A DNA stretch of 64,000 bases from Scenedesmus sp. PABB004. Taxonomy: Eukaryota. Numbering within the stretch: position 1 is the stretch's first letter; each line of letters opens with the position of its first letter. The DNA lies in the NCBI GenBank assembly GCA_014905635.1, contig JABVCE010000010.1:868001-932000 (forward strand), in the 5' to 3' direction. The translations under genes and the position numbers were made by a program. Of this stretch, positions 39,219 to 50,114 are shown one piece after another. The notes beneath the pieces were generated by a model that was not told the origin of the DNA, did not search any database, and saw only the letters and a program-made list of their open reading frames with translations.

Positions 39219-42104
39219 GCCGCGGCAGCTGCTGGAGCTGGTGCCGTTTGCGACCGCCTTCCTGCCCGCGCTGGAGGGGCCGTGCGGGCTGGGGCAGCTG
39301 GTGCACCACCAGCGCAAGCTGCTCGCGCTGGCGCAGCACGTGCTCGCCGCCCCCAGCCTGGACGCAGCGGAGCAGCTCGCCGCGCTGCCGGCAATCGTCA
39401 AGGTCCTGCCCTGGTTTGAGCACAACCCGCCGGTCGTGTCGGCGGACGGCGAGGCGCGGCGCGACTACGGCGGCGAGGCGCGCGCGCTGGCGAGCCGCCT
39501 GCTCGAGGAGGCGTGCGGCACGGTGGCGGTCTTCCTGACCGACATGGCACGCGTGAGCGCACAGCAGCACGGCCACGGGCGCGGGAGCGGGAGCGGGAGC
39601 GGGCGAGAGGGAGGAGGCAGGGGAGGGGGGAGGGGCTGGCGCAGCAGGGAGGCCGCGGCGCCGAGCGCCGGCGGGCGCCGCGTCACGCGCGCGCTCTGCT
39701 GCCGCCGGGCGCAGGAGCTGGGCGCTGGGCTGTACGTCACGCACGACCCGCCCAAGCCCAGGGCGGCGCTCCCGCCGGCCGCCGTCGACGGCGGCGACAC
39801 CGCGGCGCAGCGCGACGACGGCGGCGGCGCCGGGCTCGCGCGCGCGCGCGCGCGCCGGCGGCGGCGACGCGCCCGCGTCGGCGCGCGCGCGCGCGGTGGC
39901 GCTCGCGGCCGCGCTGGACGCGCTGGGGCCGGTCGCGGTGGCGCGGGACCGCGTGGTCGTGCCGGGCGAGTACCTGCGCGGCGCGCTGCAGCAGTGCCTG
40001 GTGCTGGCGGTGGACGACATGGTCGCCGCGGCAGAAGTGCGCGCGCCGCGCGGGCGGCTGGCTCGCCTCGGCCGGCGCCGCCGGCGTGCGCGGCAGCCCG
40101 CGCCGGAGCGCGCCACCAGCCCGCCGCCGCCCCGCGCGCGCCGCGCAGGTGCCGCCCGTGCCGTCGCGGCTCGCGCGCAGCCTGAGCGACCTGCTGTGGG
40201 CGGCGGGCGAGCTGTCGGCGGTGCTGCGCTTTGACGCCCGCCCCGAGCTGTGGCAGGTGCTGCTCAACCATGCGCAGCCGGGCTGGGTGCTGCCCCCGCG
40301 CGGCGCGCCGCCTGGCAGCGAGCCGGGCGACGACGGGGACGCGACGGGCGGCGGCGCCGGCGCCGGCGCCGGCGCGGGCGTGCCGATGCGCGTGCGCAGC
40401 GTGGTGGCGAGCTATGGGTCATGGCTGCTCTCCGCCGTCGTGCGCGACGTGCACGGCCTTGGCGTGATGTACGCGCCCCAGGCGCGCCGCTTCACCTGCG
40501 TCAGCCCCGGCGGCCGCCAGCTGCTGCACAGCCGCGCCTCGCTGCCAGAGCTGGCGGCGCTGCTGCAGGCGCGGCGGCGGCGGCGGCGGGGGGGCGGCGG
40601 CGGCGGCGGCGGCGCACGCGCACGGGCTGGCGCGGCCGTCGAGGCGGCCGCAGGCGCGCGGGGGGCTGACGTGCGCCGCGCCGTGCCCCCCCCCCCCCCC
40701 CCCGTGCCGCCCTCGGTCGGCCTTTGGTCGCAGGTGTTTGGCCCCTACGCAGCGCAGCAGCTGGCGGAGGCGACCGAGGGCGCGGTGCTCGACGCGCTGG
40801 CGGGGCTGGACGAGAGCCTGGCGCGCTGGCAGGAGGTCCTGGACCCCGTGACGATGGCCGTGGTGGTGAGCGCGGGCGGGCGGAGCGCGGCGGCGCCGCC
40901 CGCGCGGCCGCCGCTGACCGCCCGCCGCTTGTGCGCCCGACGGCCCCGCCGCCGCCCGAAGCGCGACGACAGCTGCGCCGACGCGGTGGCGGCCGCCTGC
41001 TCTGCGCTGGCGGACGAGGCGGCGGTGCTCACGCACGCGCGCGCGCTCAGCCGCTGCCTGGCGCTGCGCCAGCTGCTGGGCGAGGCGCTCGCGCAGGCCC
41101 TGGGCGCAGCCTTCCCCGTCGCGGCCGCCACGATCGAGGCGGTCGCCGCAAACGCCGCGCTCGACGTCACGGGCGGCGCCGCCGCAGCCGCCGCGCCGCC
41201 GTTCGCCGCCACGCCGGCCGCCGGCGCGCCGTCGCGGCAGCACGGCGCGAGCGAGCTGCTGGCGGGGCGCCACGTGTGCGACGTGTTTGAGCTGCCCCGC
41301 CCCGGCCTCGGCGGCGTGGGCTCGCCCGTGGTCGCCGACCCGCTGGTCGTCGCGACCCTGGTCGGTGCGTGGCGCCGCGCGCGTCGGTCGCCGTGGCCGC
41401 GCGCGCCACCGCTCGCCCGTCGCCCTGCCCCGCCGCCGCCCCTGCGCGCGCTGGCGAGCCTCCCTTCTCGCCCACCCGCCCGCCCGTCCACCCGCCGCCC
41501 GCGCGCGCGCCGTGTGCCCGCCCGCCCGCCCGCGCCGCAGGCAGCAACAACTATGAGCGCTACCGCGCGTGGTACAACCTGCCCGCGCTGCTGGGCCTGT
41601 GCCTCAACAGCGCCGCGCTCGGCGCCTCGGCGCTCAGCGTGCCCGACCACGCGCTCGCGAGCGAGCTGCACGCGCTCGTGCACGCCGCCAAGTGCCTCGT
41701 GCTCGCGCAGCAGCAGGCTGCCAACCGCGTGCTCACCTGCGGCAGCGCGTTCCTGCACCGGACGCGGACGACCAGGCGGGCGACATGCTGGCCTGCTTCG
41801 CCAAGGTCGCGGCGACCACGCTCTTCCTGCGGTGCGCGCCGCCCGCCGCGCACCCGGCACGCGGCGCCCGCGGGCGCGCCCCGCAGCCCAGGAGCCCTTG
41901 CCGCGGGCAGATAGCGCCGTGCCGAGCCCCGCTGCGCGCGCGCCGCCCGCCTGCGCGCGCAGGGACGACCCCGTCGCGGTGCGCACCTCGAAGCAGCTGC
42001 TGCTGGAGAGCCTGGCCTGCCCGCAGCTGCCCACCGGCCAGCTGGCGGACGCGTGGCTGCCGGCCAGCCGCATCCGCAGCGGGCTGTGCCAGGCGGTGCT
42101 GTGA
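36278..42104 (+). CDS. NAP1: NAP1/NCKAP1 (Hem family) subunit of the WAVE/SCAR regulatory complex, divergent, about 16 exons
   Basis: VPWRLLVQVY, LQEVFAPIAPRVSQILE, FRAWAALGLLACP, LLSESFLLPLHGD, EHAARRRF and AYAKSELLWYFRH are colinear with plant NAP1 motifs as I recall them; apparent indels near 39.8 kb and 41.77 kb. Confidence 0.82.
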
Positions 42105-42184
42105 GGCCGGGCGGGCCTGCGGCCGAGGGGCGGTCCGAGGGGGGGGGGGGCTGCAACTCGGGGCGCCGCCGCTTCGCACGCGAG

Positions 42185-42189
42185 TTACA
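42185..42189 (-). promoter_or_regulatory. TGTAA polyadenylation signal of AMMECR1
   Basis: ttaca on the + strand downstream of the AMMECR1 stop. Confidence 0.55.
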
Positions 42190-42422
42190 CCGCCGCGCCC
42201 AGCTGTTGTACACGCGCCGCGCCCGCCTGCAACTGCCTCGCCGCTCGGCGTGCCCCGTCGGCCGGTCAAAGGAACGCCGCAGCTGCAGCAGGTGTGCGGC
42301 GAAAAAAAGAACAAGTACATGCGGCCGCCGTGGCCAGCCCTGGTGCTACAGTCAAGTGCTGTTGTGCCGGCGCCCCGTCCGGACGGCGCCCGTGCGCGCG
42401 CCAGCGTCGCAGCTGGCGCGCG

Positions 42423-43497
42423 TCACGCGAACAGCAGGCGCCCGAGCCTGCTCCCGCTGGCGCCGCCGCCCGCAACGAGCCCCTCCACGTCGCCCAGCTG
42501 GCGCGCGCTGCTCGCCGCGTAGTCTGCGAAGCTCAGCGCCGCCTTGCTGCTCTGGTAGCGCGTCACGCGCAGCCCCGCGAGCAGCTCATCGCTCGCGCGG
42601 CCCTGGTAGCCTGCGCACAGCGGCGGCGCGGCATCGGCGGCGGCGTCAGCGCGGCGCTGCGCGCCGCACCCCCGCGCCCCCCGCGGCGCGTGCGGGGCGG
42701 GGCGCACCGGCCTTGCGGACGAGCGACTCGATGCACTGCCGCTTGCTCCAGCCCTGGTCGGCGGCGACCTCGGGCAGGAAGGTCGCGGTGCGCCGGCAGG
42801 CGAGCTGGGGGTCGGTGAACTCGATGATCAGGCCGTGCCGCCCGACGGTCCAGTCGGACCAGCCGCCCGCCTCCTCAAACGCGCTCAGCAGCGACACGCC
42901 GCAGCTCAGGCCCGACACCTCGCGCAGCGCGACGGGCGAGAAGCGCGAGTCGCGCAGCGCGCTGCGCCGCGGCCGCGGCGGCGGCGGCGGCGGCGGCGGC
43001 CGAGTGAGGTGGTGGGGCCGAGCTGGCGGGCCGGCGCCGCGACCGCGGCAGCGGCGGCGCGCTGCCGCCGCGCCCGCGCCGCCCGCCGGGGCGGCGCCGC
43101 GCGTGCCGGCGTGCTAGGCCGTGTCGCCACGATTGCGGGCGGGCCTGGGCGCCCCGCACCTGGTGAGGGCGTAGTCCTTGAGCGCGCTGTGCAGCTTCCG
43201 CGGCTCCAGCGTGCCGATGCAGCCCCGCAGCTGGCTGGAACCGTCGGAGCACTTGCTCCAGGTCACGAACAGCGGGCTGGCGCGCGGGCGGGCAGCGGCG
43301 TGAGGCGGGCGCGGCGCGGCAGGCTCTTCATCGTGCTGCTGCTCGAGCGCCCACCAGTGCGCGTCCCCGAACGCCGGCGCGGGCGGCACCGCGCCGGTGA
43401 GGTGGGAGATGAGCTGGTCGAAGCAGAAGGCGCAGTGGTCGGCCGTCGCGGTCACCGCAGCGGCAGGCGCCGCCGAGCGCTTGCTGCTGCTGCGCAT
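42423..43497 (-). CDS. AMMECR1: AMMECR1-domain protein, 4 exons
   Basis: PLFVTW..LRGCIGT..ALRDSRFSP..VSLL..DWTVGRHGLIIEF..ATFLPEVA..QGW..SLVRKAGY..TRYQS. Confidence 0.95.
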
Positions 43498-43732
43498 CGC
43501 GGCGCGGCGCCCGCGCGCGGCTGGCGTGGCGGGGGCGGGAGGCGGCACCCGGGCTGGCGGGAGCGCCGGCGGTGTAGCGGCGCGCCAGCGCCGGCCGGCG
43601 CCAGATTGCCGTCAGGGCGAGCAAGCGAAGCGGTTCAGCGTCAGCCCTGACGCTGAACCGCCCAGGGGTCGCTTGCCGCGGCGGCGCGGGCCCCGCAACT
43701 CCCGCAACCGTCCCGGCCGCCGCGGCCGCACG

Positions 43733-44189
43733 TCACGCCTCGCGCGTCGCCAGCGACACGCGGCGCTCGCCGGGCTGGTGCGCAAAGAGGGCGTCGCAGG
43801 CGGGGCAGAGCAGCATCACCTCCTCGGGCGCGTCGCCGTGCCCCGCCAGCAGCGTCATGGCGCCCGTGCGCCGGCACAGGCTGCAGGTGAAGCGCCGGCG
43901 CAGCGACGCGCGCAGGAGGCAGCGCGGGTAGGCCGACGCCGCGCCCGGGTCGGGCCCCGCGACCAGGCGCACGTCGGTGACGGCCACCGCGTGCTCGCAG
44001 CAGCCCTGGTGGCTGAAGATGCCGGTCGGCCGGTTGGACACCGCCAGCACGAGCTCGCCGACGCGCGTCGCCGCCATGGCGCGCGCCGGCGGCGCCGCCG
44101 CTTGCTCCGGCGGCCCCGCCTGGGCCGCCGCCGGGTCGGGCGGCCCCGGCGCGAGGTGCGGCTGCTGCTGCGGCTGCGGCTCGCCCTCT

Positions 44190-44228
<39 letters not shown>

Positions 44229-44258
44229 GGCTCGTCCTGCTGCGGCTGCTGCTGCTGG

Positions 44259-44306
<48 letters not shown>

Positions 44307-45480
44307 GGCTGCGGCGGCACTGGCGGCAGCGGCAGCGGCGGCGGCGCCGCCTGGCCCAGCAGCGGCGGCTGCCCCGGCTCGTCCGGCGGCGCGTCGTCGG
44401 GCAGCAGCGCGCGCGGCCGCGCCAGCCCCACGGCCGCCGCCCAGCGCAGCAGCAGGGCGGAGCACTCGTCGGGCGGCGCGGCGCGGGTGTCGTCGAAGGC
44501 GGCGCCGCCCAGGTAGAGGTAGGACGCGGGGTTGGGGCAGCCCAGGCCCGCCGCAAGCGCGTCGAGGGGGCAGTCAATGGCGTCCCGCAGCTCCGCGAGC
44601 GTGTTGCTGCCCAGCACCTGTCCAGCGCGCGCGGCGCGGCGCACGCGGTGCTGGGTCGGCGCCGCGCGCGCGCCCCCGCACGCCCGCCTCCACGGCCGCG
44701 CCCCGGGCGCGCTGCGCTCGCGCACCTGCACCTCCTGCATCACGCTGTGGCAGTGCTCCGGGCCCGCCTCGTACACCGCCAGCGTGACAACCACCTCGCC
44801 GCCGCCGGGCAGCAGCGCCTGCTCTGCGGCCGCGCCCGGCGCGGGCGCCAGGGCCGGCAGCCCTGCCCCGGCGGCGCCGTCGCGCCGCGCCGCCGCGGCG
44901 TCGACTGCGGCGACGCTGCCGCGCGCCGCCGGCACGGCCGGCAGCGGCACCAGCAGGCCGCCCGCCTCGGCCTCGCAGCACGCCGCCAGCCGCGCGCCGC
45001 CCAGCGGCGCGGGGCCCAGCGGGTCGCGAGGCGGCCGCGCAAGGTCGGACGCGTCCACCGCGTTGAGCAGGTTGGGGTCGGTCGCCAGCCGCTCGCCGAG
45101 CTGCGCGCGCGGCGCAAGGGGGGCGAGTGAGAGAGGGAGCAGAGGGCGGCGGCGGGCAGCGCTGCTGGCGCTCCGCGCCCGCGCGCGCCGCGCCACGCAC
45201 GGCCTCCAGCAGGCCCCCCTCCACCTCCTCCGCCAGCCCCGCGAGCGCGCTCGCCGCCTGCGCCCCAAACTCTGACACCCTGCGCGGCGGCGGGCGGCGC
45301 GCGTCAGCGCGCGGCGCTGCGAGCGCCGCGGCGCGGGCGCGCCGCCGCCCGCTCGCACCGCTGCCGCTTGCCCACCGCCGCGCCCGCGGCTGCGGGCGGG
45401 CCGCCAGGCGCCGCGGAGGGGTGGGACAGGCGCTTCGCCACGTCCGGCTGCTTGAACCACGCAGTGTGGCGCGCCGCCAT
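43733..45480 (-). CDS. SNAPC3: snRNA-activating protein complex subunit 3 (SNAP50) with a poly-Q insertion
   Basis: QEVQ/VLGSNTLAELRDAIDCP, HQGCCEH..TDVRL..YP..CSLC..LCPAC (zf-SNAP50_C pattern). Confidence 0.88.
44190..44306 (-). repeat. Coding (CAG)n tracts (poly-Q) within SNAPC3
   Basis: Runs of ctg on the + strand, in frame with the SNAPC3 exon. Confidence 0.85.
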
Positions 45481-45811
45481 CACGCGCGGCGGGCGCCGCG
45501 GGCGCGTCGGTCGCCGCTGCTGCTGTGCGGTGCGCGCGCCGGCGCGGAAGCTGCGGGCCTGCGCGCCCTCCGGTGTGGCCCGGAACAAGGGCTGCGGAAC
45601 GCGGCGCTCGCCAGTGGAAAGGAACCGGGGAGCCGCGCGGTTCTGGGCCTGAAGCGCGAGCTGCTGCTGTCGACCCCTGCTGCCCGCCCTGGGGCGCGCA
45701 GTACTGGGACGCTCCCCGCTCGTGGGGGCGTGTGACGGCCGCCCTGCGACCCAGCGCGCCGCGAGAGCCCGCGAGCGCGCCGGCGCCGCGCAGCGCCGCC
45801 GCGCACAAGCA

Positions 45812-46756
45812 ATGAGCGCCACGGCGGCGCCCATGCCCGGGCGCGGCCCGCCAGAGCGCGCGGACTGGCGAGCCCTGCCGTCAGAGATCGTGCAGGCGCG
45901 CGCCCAGGGCGGGCTGTTTCCGCCGCGCGGCGCGCCGCTGCCGCCGCCGCTGCCGCTGCCGCTGCTGTGCCGACGCGCCGCCGCACCCGCGCACCCGCCG
46001 CACCGCCCGGCGCGCAGGAGCTGGGCCTGTACCTGGACGCGCAGGGTTGGGCCGCTGCGCGCGCGACCTGCCGCGCGTGGCGCTGCGTGACGCACGCGGT
46101 CACGGTGCTCGAGGTGGACGTCGAGCCCGCAGCGCACCGCTGGATGATGGTGCTCTGCTGCGTCGCCCGGCTCTTCCCGCGGCTCAACGCGGCGGTGCTG
46201 CTGCTCGGCTCCCGCGTGACCGCGCCGCTCTTCGCGGAGCGGCTCGCGGCGCTGGCCATCACTGGCATGGCCCTGCAGGAGCTGGAGCTGCGCTGCATCT
46301 ACGCGCCCGCGCCGCTGCTCGGCGGCTGGCTGGAGGACGCGTCCGCCGTCACGGCGCTGCGCGGCCTCACGGCGCTGCGCCTCGCCGGCGGCGCGACGCC
46401 GCCGCCGCACTTCTTCGCCGCCCTCACCGCGCTGCGCCGCCTCGCCGTGCTGGAGCTGCTGCCCGGCAGCTGGGCGGCCAGCTCGGACGGCGGCCTGCTG
46501 GAGCTGCCCAGCCGTGAGCCGGCGCGCGGGGCGGGGCGTGCCCGCGGCGCCGCGCGCGGCGGGCCGGCCGGCCGAGACGCCGCCGCCGCCGCCGCCGCAA
46601 CCGCGTCTGCGTCTGCCGCCGCCGCAGAGGGCCGGCCGGCGACGGCGGCGGCGTGGCGGACGAGCACCTGGCCGCAATTGGTTGCCTGACGCAGCTGAAG
46701 CAGCTCACTCTGCGGGTGCGTGGGCGCCGCTGCCGCCACCATGCCGCGAGGCCGCG

Positions 46757-46806
<50 letters not shown>

Positions 46807-47631
46807 GGCCGCGCAGGCTTGCCCCGGCGAGGTGACGCCCGCGGGGCTGGCGGCACTTGGCGCGGGGGGCTGCTGTCGCAGCTCGACTCGCTGGCGCTCT
46901 ACGACGCAGAGATGCCTGCGGCCGCGCTCGGCGAGGCGCTGCGCGCTGCGACGCGGCTGAGCAGCCTGCAGGTGGCGCGAGCGGCGCGCGGCGCGGGGCC
47001 GCGCCGCGAGCCGCCGCCGCCGCAAACGGCCGCCGCGCGCGCGCGCCAGCGCCCAAGCGTTGCGCCCTCGCCCGCCGCGCGGCCGCAGGTGGGGCTGAGC
47101 AACGTGGACGACCTGGCGCCCCTCGCGCGCCTGCCGCGCCTGCGGGTGCGGCGGCGGCCGGCGCGCGGCTGGCGCGGCGCCGCCACGTCGGCGCGGCGCG
47201 GTGGCTCACGCGCGCGCGCGCGCGCGTGCCCTGCCCCACCCACGCTGTGCGGCCCCAGGACCTGAGCCTGGACGCGTGCGGCGTGGCCGACGTGCGGGAG
47301 CTCGTCTACGCCGCGGCGCGCGGCGGCCTGCCCGCGAGCGGCCCCGGCGCGGTGACTGGGCTGTGCCTCATCGACCAGCGCCTCTGCCCGCTGCAGCTCG
47401 CAAGCCTCAGCCAGCTCGCCAGCCTGTCGGGTGTGTGCGCCCGCCGGCGGCGCGCGCGCGCACGGGCCGGGACGCGGGCGCCGGGCGCGCCGCCGCGCTG
47501 GGCGCGCGCGCTCGCGCGCCACCCACGCCCCCCCCCTCCGCTGCGCTGCGCCCCGCAGAGCTGGTGCTCGTCAACCCGCTCGCCCGCGACGCACAGGAGC
47601 ACGCCGACGACGGGCACGAGGGCGCGGAGCA

Positions 47632-47668
<37 letters not shown>

Positions 47669-48992
47669 GTCGACGCCTCGGCGCTGGCGGGCCTGCGGGG
47701 CCTCGCGCTGCTGCAGATTGACGTGCGCGGCGCCGGCGCGCCCGAGTACGAGCCCTGGGGCGCGGTGCCGCTGCGCCTCGCCTTCTCGGGCCCGAGGACG
47801 GCGTCGGCGCTGCGCGACGCGTGGGGCGCGCTGGTCAGCCTCGACCTGCACGGCTTTGCCCCGGACCTGCTGCCGTCGTCCGCGGTAGCGGTGCTCTGCG
47901 GCCTGCCGCGCCTGAAGAGCCTCGCGATCACGCGCGAGGTGGCCCCACCGCACCCGCACCCGCCGGGCGGCGGCGCGCAGCCGGCCGCAGCGGCTCAGCC
48001 GCCATGGTGGCGGCTGCCGTGGTGGCGCCTGCCGCGCGGCCTCGTGTCGTTGGCCCTGACCGGCTTCGACCTTTCGAGCACCGGCGAGGGCGGCGGCACG
48101 GACGCGGCGCCCTGCGTGGCGGCAGCGCCGCCTGGCCGCGGGCAGGCGCAGCAGCCGCAGCAGCCCTCCCTGCCCGCCCTGGCGGCGCTGGGCAGCCGCG
48201 TGCAGCAGCTCATCAAGCCCGGCGCGCCGCCGCTCGCGGCGTCGCAGCACCAGGCGGCCCGGGGCGACGCCGACGCCAGCGCGCGCGCGCGGCGCCGGCG
48301 CGGGCGCAGCGGAGAGCAGGGATGTAGCATCATCGCGGCCCGACGCTCCGGTGGAGTCCTGCTGCGCGAACAGCGCGGCCGGCCACTTCTCCGCCCTGCA
48401 AGCGCTGCTGCTGGAGCACTGCGTCGTGCCGCGCAGCTTTGTGGCGCACGTGCTGCCCGCCGCCGCGCACGGGCTGAAGAGCCTGGCACTGCTGCACGTG
48501 TCTGGCACGGCCGGCGCGGGCGAGCTGCGGGCGGTGTCATGCCTGGCGGGGCTCACCAGCCTGCGGTTGGTGCCGCAGCAGCACGGGCTGGATGGCTTTG
48601 AGACCATGGGGCTGCCCTACCTGCGGCACCTCAAGAAGCTGGGCGTCAAGTGAGTGTGGCCTGCCGGCCCGCGCGCACAAGGCTGGCTGGCGGCGTGCGC
48701 GCTTGCGCGGCGGCGGCGGCGCTGGCGAGCGCAGGGTCTGAGCGCGCCCATGCTCAACCGCCCGGCCTTGCGCACGCCTCGCAGGCTGGCTCACCTGCTG
48801 CCCTCGGACCTGGCGGCGCTGCCCAAGCTGCGCAACCTGTTTGTGCTCACCCTGTCCGCCCCTCTGGCGGAGCAGGGCCAGCTGCGGGCTGGCGCGACGA
48901 CTGCGGTGCAGCTGTCGCAGGTGCTGGAGATCGTGCGCGACAGCCTGCCGTACTGCGACGTCGAGCTGACACACTGCGACGAGGATGGTTGA
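45812..48992 (+). CDS. F-box/LRR-repeat protein, multi-exon
   Basis: DWRALPSEIVQ/ELGLYL..AARATCRAWR F-box, then many LRRs (LTALRRLAVLEL, LTQLKQLTL, LPRLKSLAI, LAGLTSLRL, LPKLRNL); several apparent indels. Confidence 0.8.
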
Positions 48993-49120
48993 GCTGAGGG
49001 CGGCTTGGTTGGTTGGTGGTGTTGGCGGTCGAGAGTTGCAATCGAGCAGGGTGCTGGCCGTTGCAGAAGCGCGCCGCCCCAGCGCCGGCGGCAGCCTTCT
49101 CCGAGTGACGCGCCCCAGGC

Positions 49121-49330
49121 AAAAAATAAAAGATAAAGATAGTTACACCACAGGCTCGCGCCCATTGGTCCCGCGCCCCTTAAGGACGGTGTCCCGCATC
49201 TTCCAGATGTCCATCACATAATCTGCCACAGAGTGAGCAGCAAGCTGATCCTGCAGCAGGTCACCAAGCAGATAACACCGAGCCTGCTCCAGTGCTGCAC
49301 ACCGACTCGCCGCGCCGGTAACGGGCAGGC
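49121..49330 (-). mobile_element. Probable 3' fragment of an unrelated non-LTR retrotransposon (RTE/RTEX-like)
   Basis: Lower-GC segment encoding ..VADYVMDIWKMRDTVLKGRGTNGREPVV-stop, followed directly by a TATCTT/T-rich simple tail. Family call is from memory of ORF ends; left boundary is clear, right boundary is not. Confidence 0.45.
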
Positions 49331-49794
49331 CCCTCTCCCGCCAGTCCGCAGAGGAGGAGGCCCCCAGGGGCCGCACGCAAAGCAGCTGGTGGGGCCGCTG
49401 CGGGCCCAGCCGGAGCGCATCATCGATGCAGGGCGCCGACCAGCACGCGCAGGCGCCCCCAGGCCCGGCCGCGGCTGGTCGTGAGCCGGACCTGCTCGGC
49501 AGCATGGCGCGCCAGCCGGCGCGCTCCACGTCCGGAGCGAGACGGCCGTGGCCGCCGAGGGTTGCTGCTGCTGCTGCAGCAGCAGCTGCAGCTGGCGCCG
49601 GCCCCAGGAGCGCCAGGAGCGCTCGTTCGGCCCGGCGCTGGGATGGAAGCCCTGCTGACGGCCCCGCATGGAGCCTTTCTCCCGACGTTCTGCTGCGGCT
49701 CCGGCCGAAGCGGGGCCCCATCCCCATGGGCCCGGAGCTGAGGCCGGGCGGCCAGCGCACGGTCGTTCTCTCCCTGGGGCGGGCCACCCAGCCT

Positions 49795-49925
49795 TTTTTT
49801 TTTTGTTTGTTACAACGGGTGACCAGACAAGGACCGAGGCCCAGGGGCAGCCCATTGAAAAAAACTCCAACGGGAAGAGCGCAGCAACCCCTCGTGAAAA
49901 ACCGCGCCCCGGCGCCCCCGAGAGG
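49795..49925 (-). mobile_element. 5'-truncated L1 3' end with poly(A), 14-bp TSD
   Basis: TSD gggccacccagcct at 49781-49794 and 49926-49939. Confidence 0.92.
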
Positions 49926-50021
49926 GGGCCACCCAGCCTGCCGGCAGCACTGCGCAGCAGCAGGCGGCGAGCCGGGCGGAGGAGTACGAGGCCAGCCTCG
50001 CGCAGCTCGACCAGCTGCTGC

Positions 50022-50089
50022 AATGGGCTGCCCCTGGGCTTCGGTCCTTGTCTGGTCACCCATTGTAACAAAAACAAAACAAAAAAAAA
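50022..50089 (+). mobile_element. 5'-truncated L1 3' end with poly(A), 12-bp TSD
   Basis: TSD accagctgctgc at 50010-50021 and 50090-50101. Confidence 0.92.
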
Positions 50090-50114
50090 ACCAGCTGCTG
50101 CTGTCGCCCAGTGA

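Larger units (their letters stand above)
49620..50112 (+). mobile_element. ORF1 5' fragment of a diverged sister L1 family, hosting two insertions
   Basis: After removing the inserts it reads LLRLRPKRGPIPMGPELRPGGQRTVVLSLGRATQPAGST..ASRA..LAQLDQLL, versus LLRDRPQRAPIPMAPALGPGGDRRAVVLSLGQAVQPSGRT..ASRA..VAQLGQLL at 55.96-56.16 kb. Confidence 0.8.
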
